From a virus: a DNA stretch of 64,000 bases. This document shows positions 8,370 to 16,137 of this stretch, in pieces (positions within the stretch are counted from its first letter, which is position 1; every line of letters starts with the position of its first letter). The stretch spans positions 3,487 to 67,486 of IMG/VR virus record IMGVR_UViG_3300021963_000115. The stretch is one strand, 5' to 3'. The notes under the pieces are model-generated. The model did not search any database, was not told the DNA's origin, and was given only the letters and a program-made list of their open reading frames with translations. A program made the translations under genes and the position numbers.

Positions 8370-9105
8370 TTGGTTGATTGAATAGTGGTCATGACGCCAC
8401 CGCATAGCACACGGTCAAGTGTGCTACACGCTATCGTCTCTGCGGTTACCCGCTGTCGTATTTGGTAGTTCTCTTTGTTTGGTTTGGCGTTACTAACTGC
8501 GATAGTGTTTGTCGTTGCCACATCTCCCATTCGTACGGTACGAACGGCTTGGCTTCCTAGTGGTTGTTGGTATGTGTTCGGTCGGTGTTCTAAGGTGTGC
8601 TATCGGTTTCCCGTAGACTTATCACCCATGATCAAAGTGTATTGAACATGACTCTCACATACATACTCCACATTAGGGCTGTTGCGTCATTAGCGCAGAG
8701 CAACCCACACATTTAGGCAGTATCTACATTAGCTTGCACTTCGCTATCGTTAAGTTGTATTAGGGGTTGACGCACGCCTATCCTAAATTTAAACAACCAA
8801 CTACACCACAAAATGCCCCGACTGACTACGGGACGCCTATTCACGCATGGAAGGTATCGGGGGTTGATCTGACTTGCGTCTATGTGTCGTGGGCTTCGCA
8901 ATCCATCCTACACATAACAACCTGTCCACCTGTGAGCTTCTATCATCAAGACAGCGGCGGTTTAATTTACTGCGGTTACCTCAACTTTCGTACAGTACGA
9001 AAGCCAAAGATGCGTGCAGAGTGTTTATGCAAATTTTTAAAGAGCGTGTGGTTTACCACCACTTTCGTACAGTACGAAAGCGTCATACGGAAATGTTCCG
9101 AATGA
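8370..9105 (-). ncRNA. candidate long structured untranslated leader / ncRNA
   Basis: downstream of a perfect promoter, no SD-led ORF, nested long-range complementarities and many hairpins. Confidence 0.45.
9031..9046 (-). promoter_or_regulatory. boxA antitermination element
   Basis: CGCTCTTTAAAAATTT, near-identical to rrn boxA GCTCTTTAACAATTT, preceded by a GTGG-TAAA-CCAC hairpin. Confidence 0.65.
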
Positions 9106-9111
9106 GCCTTA

Positions 9112-9140
9112 ATTATACTAGGTTTACGCTACCTTGTCAA
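9112..9140 (-). promoter_or_regulatory. consensus sigma70 promoter (major early promoter)
   Basis: TTGACA (9140-9135), 17 nt, TATAAT (9117-9112). Confidence 0.85.
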
Positions 9141-9190
9141 GCTGTTACTAGTTAGGAAAAGGGGGTTATGTGGGGTGTTAAATCTATTTA

Positions 9191-9507
9191 ATTCTGCAAT
9201 ATTCTAGAGGGGAGAATAAAGCTAAGTTGTTGATTCGTAAGGCTTTTTTGATGGTTTTTTTTGTTTTATTCTATTATTCTCGGTTTTTGGGGTTATGCGA
9301 GCAAATAAGCAAAGAGAGATCGAGAGTGCAAGAATCTATGCAAAAACATCTGTGTGCATACACATGAAGATATGCAAATGTGCAAAATAAAATTGGGGTG
9401 TATATATATATTTTTAAAGAATAATAGAATAATAGGGGGGAAAACTCTCGCAAGTGCTTGATTTCATTGGGTTTTATATTATTCCCGTGCAGAGAATATT
9501 GCAGAAT
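9191..9507. repeat. nested inverted repeats with two IHF consensus sites (origin/packaging-like element)
   Basis: 15-bp IR 9191-9205/9493-9507; 15-bp IR 9266-9280/9418-9432; WATCAANNNNTTR on minus strand at 9223-9235 and 9451-9463; central TA run. Confidence 0.7.
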
Positions 9508-9575
9508 AATTAGCGAGTAATACGGCATCGTATCAGCTTTACATTTCGTACAGTACGAAAGTTCTAAGTTTCAGC

Positions 9576-9795
9576 ACGACCCACAATAAGGTTACAGGTT
9601 TCGTACGGTACGAAAGTCAAGATGGCACAAGTAGTAGTATCTGTAACACAACATAGTGATATGTAGTACGACCCACAGTAAGGTTACAGGTTTCTGTTAT
9701 GTTTCGTACGGTACGAAAGGTTGAGGGGTGTTGTGCGCCCCACGATGCGTGTACTGCCCACATCTTGTACGGCACGCAATGAGGTTACAGGTTTC
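9576..9795. repeat. three direct repeats with core AGGTTACAGGTTTC
   Basis: ACGACCCACARTAAGGTTACAGGTTTC at 9576 and 9668; core again at 9782. Confidence 0.85.
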
Positions 9796-9831
9796 AAAGG
9801 CACGGCTGAACCATGCCTAAAGATTTTGGAC

Positions 9832-9865
9832 AAAAAAAAGCCCCAACCTTTCGGTCAGGGCTTTT
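9832..9865 (-). terminator. intrinsic terminator
   Basis: GCCCTGACC-GAAA-GGTTGGGGC followed by T8 on the minus strand, just after the 9877 stop. Confidence 0.8.
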
Positions 9866-9876
9866 GGGGCTGAGGT

Positions 9877-10383
9877 TTATTTCAGCTTGATGCCTTCGGC
9901 TTCAAGATAAGACTTGATGCCTTCGAGCAAGGTTTCGAAGTCAGCATTTTCATAACCCGACTGTAAGTCATTGATGAAGCCTTCGAAGTCAGCATCGCGG
10001 TAAACTGTTGCCAGCTTGTCCGCAAACTCTTTTTTACCTTTGGCGGCTTTGGCGGCGCCGCCTTTGGCTTTGGCACGTTGCAGATTCCAGTCGGTGACTG
10101 GCTTGCCAGTTGCAACCGCTTGCTTGAAAGTAGGCAAGTAGGTTTTCTGCGCTGTGCTCTGGGTTAAACCAGACGCCATGCAACCATCAACAAAGGCGGT
10201 GGCTAAACCGCATCCAGTACCATCTTTTTTGTAGATACCAACCTTTGCCTTAGCTTCGAAAAGCTTTGCAATGTTCACATTAGCCGATTCGCGCAAAGCA
10301 TTTGCCTTGCCTTCGAGTTCGTTAATTGCACCAACAGCGACGCCAACTTGTTGCGCCAAGGATGTAAGGGAAAGTGTGCTCAT
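9877..10383 (-). CDS. monocistronic hypothetical protein (168 aa) with a K/A-rich linker
   Basis: GAAAGGAAACATC-ATG; own terminator. Confidence 0.8.
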   Translation of the reverse strand: MSTLSLTSLAQQVGVAVGAINELEGKANALRESANVNIAKLFEAKAKVGIYKKDGTGCGLATAFVDGCMASGLTQSTAQKTYLPTFKQAVATGKPVTDWNLQRAKAKGGAAKAAKGKKEFADKLATVYRDADFEGFINDLQSGYENADFETLLEGIKSYLEAEGIKLK

Positions 10384-10835
10384 GATGTTTCCTTTCGTAG
10401 AGCAATCGGGGAAACGACTGTTTCGCAACCGACAACTGAACTGTAACCGAATCAGTATAGTTTGCACGGGATAGCCCTACCCTGACATGATTTTCGTACA
10501 GTACGAAAGCTCGACCCCCCACCACCAAGATATAGGGAATGGTTCCATGGCGCGTATGTGTACTGAGTTTTGCACGTTACATCACCACTTTTTAAATCAC
10601 CCAGTTGTTTTGGCCACCATATATTTGTCACGCTACGAATTTCGTTTGTAGATAACACACCACAACATCTTAAGGGGGGTACCCCCATACGAAAACGTCG
10701 GTACTTATTGACAAGTACCGACACAAAAACACCCCCCGGTAAGGGGACCCAAAAAGGTAGTCGTAAAAATTTTTTGCATTCTGTAAATTTTGGTGGTACA
10801 GTCCGCTTCATTCCCGTTAACTTCGGTGCAAAAAT

Positions 10836-11471
10836 TTGGACGCGATTCTTGTTACACCAGAATTAAATGTACCCCCGCCATCTAAGATGACAAGCGAGGA
10901 GATTCACGACCTTCGTGAACGGGCGCAGCGTCTCTTTAATACAGTAGAGTTCTTGGAAGCCAACGGCTTGGATGTAGCTAACATTCAAGTTTCAAGTGAA
11001 GACCGAAAAGACGTGCATGCTGTATTTAATGACAGCCCCGCTGCCGATCCCAAAACCATTAATAGCCCTGCAAAAGCACTGCTGCTGCAGTCACTGCTTA
11101 ATGAATACGACATAGACGTTGTAAGAAACGCACAGCAGTTGCGCTCATATATAAAGCTCAGACTTCTGGAGCTCAGTGCATCGAATCAAGAGAAGACCCA
11201 GCTCAAGGCGTTGGACATGCTGGGCAAGCTGTCGGACGTTGGGGCGTTTGTTGAACGGATTGAGGTCAATGTGACACACCGCACCACAGAAGATCTTGAG
11301 AATGATCTGGCCAAAAAGCTGTCTGCTTATATGAGTGACATCATTGATGTGGACAGTAAAGACATTCCAGATAAATATGACCCGCTTCCAACAGCGCCAG
11401 CGGTTGAGGTGATAGATCTGGACGCCGAGTTGGGCGATATTATTCTGGACGACGGGCACATTGATGAGTGA
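10836..11471 (+). CDS. terminase small subunit (putative)
   Basis: immediately upstream of TerL; helical LKALDMLGK..DVG.F motif; start uncertain (TTG). Confidence 0.65.
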   Translation: MDAILVTPELNVPPPSKMTSEEIHDLRERAQRLFNTVEFLEANGLDVANIQVSSEDRKDVHAVFNDSPAADPKTINSPAKALLLQSLLNEYDIDVVRNAQQLRSYIKLRLLELSASNQEKTQLKALDMLGKLSDVGAFVERIEVNVTHRTTEDLENDLAKKLSAYMSDIIDVDSKDIPDKYDPLPTAPAVEVIDLDAELGDIILDDGHIDE

Positions 11472-13029
11472 AGCCAAAAAGATCTTTGAAAACCCGCAGG
11501 TACTAGAGCGGATCAGGCAGATGTCGCCTGAACAACTGCAGGTGTTGGTCAAAAGGTTCCCGGTTGATGAGCAGGAAGAGGTCAGCAAGATCTTAGAAGA
11601 ACTCAAAACCAGAAAAATCCGCGCTTTGGCGCAGGATGACTTCATGGAGTTTGTGGGAACGGTGTGGCCGACGTTCATTCATGGCAGGCACCACGAGAGA
11701 ATGGCCCGGGCGTTCGAAGAAGTGGCCAACGGCACGGTAAAACGGTTGATTATTAACATGCCGCCGCGGCATACGAAGTCAGAATTTGCGTCGTACCTGC
11801 TGCCAGCTTGGTTTTTGGGCAAGTTTCCGCAGAAAAAAGTCATTCAAACGTCCCATACAGCTGAATTGGCGACTGGATTTGGTCGAAAAGTCCGAAATTT
11901 GGTGGATTCTGAGCCTTATAAGAAGGTTTTTCCCCTCATTGAGCTGCAAACTGACTCAAAAGCGGCTGGTAGATGGAACACAAACTTCGGTGGCGACTAT
12001 TTTGCGATTGGTGTGGGCGGCGCGGTGACTGGTAAGGGCGCTGACGTACTAATAATAGATGACCCACACTCAGAACAGGAAGCTGCCATCGGTGCATACA
12101 ACCCAGAGGTGTATGACAAGGTGTATGAGTGGTATACATCTGGTCCCCGTCAGCGTCTGCAGCCGGGCGGGGCGATTGTGATCGTGATGACACGCTGGTC
12201 ACTGCGTGATTTGACTGCGCAAGTGTTGAAATCTGCCGCCCAAAGGGGTGGGGAAGAGTGGAAAGTCATCGAGTTTCCAGCGATTTTGCCCAATGACAAG
12301 CCACTTTGGCCTGAGTTTTGGTCTGAAAAAGAACTAAAAGCACTGCGTGAAGAGTTGCCCACAGGCAAGTGGATGGCTCAATATCAGCAGCAGCCGACGT
12401 CCGAGCAGGGCGCGTTGGTCAAAAGAGAGTGGTGGAAGTGGTGGGAAGGCGACAATCCGCCCCCATGCGACTTTATTATTCAGTCTTGGGACACGGCGCA
12501 CGAGCTGAAAAAGATCAATGACTACTCTGCGGTGACCACGTGGGGGGTGTTCTACGACCAAGAGGATCGTAATCTGCCTAATTTGATCCTCTTAAATGCG
12601 GCCAAACGCCGGGTTGAGTTTCCGGAGTTGAAACAGTGGGCATATGAAGAATGGGACGAATGGGACCCAGATTCGTTCTTGGTTGAGAAGAAGGCCGCAG
12701 GTGCGCCGCTGATCCAAGAGTTTCGTGCGATGGGTATTCCAGTTCAGGAATACAGCCCGGGCAAGGGGCAGGATAAGATCAGCCGATTAAATTCTGTTGC
12801 AGATATATTTAGGTCAGGTAAAGTGTGGGCACCGCGCACACGATGGGCTGAAGAACTCGTGGACGAAGTTGCGTCTTTTCCGTCCGGAGAGCATGATGAC
12901 TTGGTGGACTCGATGACACTGGCATTGATGCGGTTCAGACAAGGTGGGTATCTCAAACTTCCAAGCGATGAGGAAGACGAGATCAAATGGTTCAAAGGTT
13001 ACCGCCGCGAGCGGTTTTACACAGTTTAA
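11464..13029 (+). CDS. terL: terminase large subunit
   Basis: MPPRHTKSE Walker A variant, LIIDDP Walker B, MTRW, QSWDTA, HDDLVDS nuclease motif. Confidence 0.95.
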   Translation: MSEAKKIFENPQVLERIRQMSPEQLQVLVKRFPVDEQEEVSKILEELKTRKIRALAQDDFMEFVGTVWPTFIHGRHHERMARAFEEVANGTVKRLIINMPPRHTKSEFASYLLPAWFLGKFPQKKVIQTSHTAELATGFGRKVRNLVDSEPYKKVFPLIELQTDSKAAGRWNTNFGGDYFAIGVGGAVTGKGADVLIIDDPHSEQEAAIGAYNPEVYDKVYEWYTSGPRQRLQPGGAIVIVMTRWSLRDLTAQVLKSAAQRGGEEWKVIEFPAILPNDKPLWPEFWSEKELKALREELPTGKWMAQYQQQPTSEQGALVKREWWKWWEGDNPPPCDFIIQSWDTAHELKKINDYSAVTTWGVFYDQEDRNLPNLILLNAAKRRVEFPELKQWAYEEWDEWDPDSFLVEKKAAGAPLIQEFRAMGIPVQEYSPGKGQDKISRLNSVADIFRSGKVWAPRTRWAEELVDEVASFPSGEHDDLVDSMTLALMRFRQGGYLKLPSDEEDEIKWFKGYRRERFYTV

Positions 13030-13038
13030 GGAAACGTC

Positions 13039-15531
13039 ATGTTGGATAAAGCACTGTATCAGGCACCTGAAGGATATGGCTCAATGGGTGAAAGTCCTAT
13101 TGAGATTGAAATTGAAAATCCTGATGAGGTGAATATTGGCATTGGTGGGATGGAGATTAATCTCAAACCAGAGCCTGAAACAGCAGAAGACTTTGATGCC
13201 AACTTGGCTGAGTATTTAGATCCATCATTCTTGCAATCCTTGGGTGAAGAACTGGTTGAAGATTTTGGCAAAGACATCAATGACCGCAAAGACTGGATGC
13301 AGACGTACGTTGATGGTCTGAAATTGTTGGGTCTGAAATACGAGGACAGGACAGAGCCATGGCAAGGCGCGTGTGGTGTATTCCATCCGATGCTCACTGA
13401 GTCTGTTGTGCGCTTTCAAAGTGAAGGCATTACTGAAACATTCCCAGCCGCAGGTCCCGTTAAGACTGTCATTATTGGCAAAGACACTCCTGAGAAGGAA
13501 GATGCAGCCACTCGCGTGCGCGACGATATGAACTATCAGCTCACAGAAGTGATGTATGAGTACCGCCCAGAACACGAGAAGATGTTGTGGAATCTGCCGA
13601 TTGCAGGTTCGGCATTCAAGAAGGTGTACTTTGATCCTTCCAAGGGTCGTCAAATGGCGGTGTTTATTCCTGCTGAAGACATCGTTGTTCCTTACGGCGC
13701 ATCTAATTTAGAGACTTCGCCTCGCGTAACGCACGTGATGCGTAAGACAGAAAACGAGATATTGCAGCTGCAAGATGCTGGCTTTTATATGGATGTGGAG
13801 TTGGGTGAACCCACATATGAGCTGGATGATATTGAGAAACAAAAAGCGGAAGAGACAGGCATGTCTGCGATTGAAGATGATCGCTTCCGTATCTTGGAGA
13901 TGCACGTTGATCTTGATCTGCCCGGTTACGAGCACAAGAACAAAAAGAAGAAACCCACTGGCATTGCACTGCCATATGTTGTGACTGTTGAAAAGGGCAC
14001 GCGTAAGGTTCTGGCTATTCGCCGCAACTGGTACGAGGGTGATGAGCTGCACATGAAGCGCCAGCACTTTGTACATTACCAATATATACCGGGGTTTGGC
14101 TTTTATGGTTACGGACTCATTCACCTCATCGGTGGTTACGCCAAATCAGCGACTATGCTTATTCGTCAGCTCGTTGACGCTGGCACTTTGTCTAATTTAC
14201 CCGGTGGTCTTAAGGCTCGCGGTCTCCGAATCAAGGGAGACGACACACCGATTGCACCGGGTGAATGGCGAGACGTGGATGTGCCCTCCGGCAGTATTCG
14301 AGACAACATCTTGCCTTTGCCCTACAAAGAGCCATCGCAAGTTCTCTACACATTGTTTGATCGCATAGTTCAAGAAGGTCGCCAGTTTGCGTCTGCTGGT
14401 GATATGAAAGTAAGTGACATGAGTGCGCAAGCGCCAGTGGGCACTACCTTGGCGATTCTTGAGAGAACATTGAAAGTGATGGGTGCTGTGCAGGCTCGCA
14501 TGCACTACACCATGAAGCAGGAGTTCAAACTGCTCAAAGTAATCATTGCTGATTTCACTCCAGAAGAATACGACTATGAGCCAGAAGAAGGCTCACGCAA
14601 AGCGAAGAAATCTGACTACGACAGCGTGGACGTGATTCCCGTGTCTGATCCGAATGCAGCCACTATGGCTCAAAAAATCGTGCAGTATCAAGCTGCACTG
14701 CAGTTGGCGCAGACCGCTCCCCAACTTTACAACCTCCCCTTGCTCCATCGTCAGATGATCGAGGTGCTCGGCATTAAAAACGCCAACAAACTAATCCCAG
14801 TCGAAGACGACATGGTGCCATGTGATCCGATCACAGAAAACCAAAACCTGCTGATTATGAAGCCCGTCAAAGCGTTCATGGAACAAAACCATGAAGCGCA
14901 CATCCAAACTCATATGGCGGCGATACAAAATCCGAAGATCATGCAGTTGATGCAGATGAACCCACAGGCGCAGGCTATTCAAGCTGCGGCGATGGCTCAC
15001 ATCAACGAGCACATTGCGTTTGAGTATCGTCGTCAAATTGAAGAGGCGATGGGCCATATGCTCCCAACAGAAGAGCAGAACAAAGCAGTGCCACCAGAGT
15101 TGGCAGATCAAATTGCTGCAATGGCAGCGCAAGCGTCACAACAACTGTTGCAGCGCGACACGCAAGAAGCCAAACAACAGCAAGCCCAGCAGCAGATGCA
15201 GGACCCAGTCGTGCAGATGCAGATGCAGGAGCTCCAGCTCAAGGGCCAAGAGTTACAACTCAAGGCTCAAAAGCAACAGATTGAAGCGGCAGAGAAAGCC
15301 GACCGTATCCGTGTAGAAGAGGCGCGAATCGAAGCTCAGAAAGAAATTGCAGCAATGCAAGTTGCAGCTACAGCCGCTTCAAATAAAGACAAAGCCAGAC
15401 GCCAACAGGAAACTGATGGCTTGCGTATTGGCGCGGACATCGCCAAACACAAAGCACAAATGGCTTCGCATGCGCAGCGGGCAGCGCAGTTTAAGCAGCC
15501 TAGCAAACCCCCTAAAAAGGAAACTGAGTGA
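13039..15531 (+). CDS. portal protein
   Basis: follows TerL; 830 aa with a Q-rich coiled-coil C-terminal barrel (P22-like). Confidence 0.9.
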   Translation: MLDKALYQAPEGYGSMGESPIEIEIENPDEVNIGIGGMEINLKPEPETAEDFDANLAEYLDPSFLQSLGEELVEDFGKDINDRKDWMQTYVDGLKLLGLKYEDRTEPWQGACGVFHPMLTESVVRFQSEGITETFPAAGPVKTVIIGKDTPEKEDAATRVRDDMNYQLTEVMYEYRPEHEKMLWNLPIAGSAFKKVYFDPSKGRQMAVFIPAEDIVVPYGASNLETSPRVTHVMRKTENEILQLQDAGFYMDVELGEPTYELDDIEKQKAEETGMSAIEDDRFRILEMHVDLDLPGYEHKNKKKKPTGIALPYVVTVEKGTRKVLAIRRNWYEGDELHMKRQHFVHYQYIPGFGFYGYGLIHLIGGYAKSATMLIRQLVDAGTLSNLPGGLKARGLRIKGDDTPIAPGEWRDVDVPSGSIRDNILPLPYKEPSQVLYTLFDRIVQEGRQFASAGDMKVSDMSAQAPVGTTLAILERTLKVMGAVQARMHYTMKQEFKLLKVIIADFTPEEYDYEPEEGSRKAKKSDYDSVDVIPVSDPNAATMAQKIVQYQAALQLAQTAPQLYNLPLLHRQMIEVLGIKNANKLIPVEDDMVPCDPITENQNLLIMKPVKAFMEQNHEAHIQTHMAAIQNPKIMQLMQMNPQAQAIQAAAMAHINEHIAFEYRRQIEEAMGHMLPTEEQNKAVPPELADQIAAMAAQASQQLLQRDTQEAKQQQAQQQMQDPVVQMQMQELQLKGQELQLKAQKQQIEAAEKADRIRVEEARIEAQKEIAAMQVAATAASNKDKARRQQETDGLRIGADIAKHKAQMASHAQRAAQFKQPSKPPKKETE

Positions 15532-15725
15532 ACGACTACAAAACGTTGGCGTATATCGTCAAAGAAATTGTAAAGCAGCGTGAGACATACGAGATCGCGG
15601 TACAACGCGGTAGCGCTAAAGATTACGCTGAATACAAGAACCTCTGCGGACTAATCCAAGGTCTAACGACCGCAGAGCAAATCATTAACGACCTTGTGCA
15701 AAAAATGGAGAAATCTGATGACTGA
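15528..15725 (+). CDS. hypothetical head-module protein
   Basis: coupled GTG start; DYAEYK.LCG.I.GL. Confidence 0.7.
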   Translation: MNDYKTLAYIVKEIVKQRETYEIAVQRGSAKDYAEYKNLCGLIQGLTTAEQIINDLVQKMEKSDD

Positions 15726-16128
15726 ATTTGACGTTGCAGCGGTAGATCTTTCGGGCATTCTGAATAAGAATTCCGAAGATAAAGCCAAGCAATTGCCTGA
15801 TCCCAAAACCTTTCATCTTCTGTGCGTTGTCCCAGAAGCAATGGAAGAATACGCGGACAGCGAAATCGGTCTGGTGAAGTCCAGTCAAGCAATGCACTTC
15901 GAGGAAGTTTTGACTCCCGTGTTGTTCGTTGTGAAGCTCGGTCCTGACGCCTACGCTGATAAAACGCGTTTTCCTAGCGGGCCATCGTGCAAGCAAGGAG
16001 ATTTTGTTGTTGTCCGTCCCAATTCAGGTACACGCCTGAAGATTCATGGCCGTGAATTCCGCATCATTAACGATGATTCGGTTGAAGCAGTTGTGGAAGA
16101 CCCCCGTGGAATTACACGTGCATCATAA
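15718..16128 (+). CDS. groES: GroES-like co-chaperonin
   Basis: VVKLGP..Y, CKQGD.V, G..LKI.G.EFRIINDDSVEAVV matches the Cpn10 pattern. Confidence 0.8.
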   Translation: MTEFDVAAVDLSGILNKNSEDKAKQLPDPKTFHLLCVVPEAMEEYADSEIGLVKSSQAMHFEEVLTPVLFVVKLGPDAYADKTRFPSGPSCKQGDFVVVRPNSGTRLKIHGREFRIINDDSVEAVVEDPRGITRAS

Positions 16129-16137
16129 GGAATAAAT

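Larger units (their letters stand above)
2052..10508. repeat. dispersed 17-bp palindrome TTTCGTACNGTACGAAA, 15 copies
   Basis: copies start at 2052, 2604, 3860, 5046, 5984, 7025, 7431, 7961, 8529, 8986, 9063, 9544, 9599, 9702, 10492; only 2052, 7961 and 8529 have terminal mismatches. Confidence 0.95.

Noticed and set aside
8370-9105. Group I or group II intron
   Set aside because: No GUGYG start, domain V or P7 core recognised, and no interrupted gene.
8713-9528. Track ORFs 8713..8901, 8767..9105, 8874..9155, 9274..9528 and the extension of 8099 to 8530
   Set aside because: No SD, atypical composition, and they overlap promoter and repeat elements; treated as non-coding.
2052-10508. Palindromic repeats read as a CRISPR array
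   Set aside because: Spacing is irregular (tens of bp to >1 kb), the unit is only 17 bp, copies lie inside genes, and there are no cas genes (the Cas4-like nuclease is a typical phage replication exonuclease).
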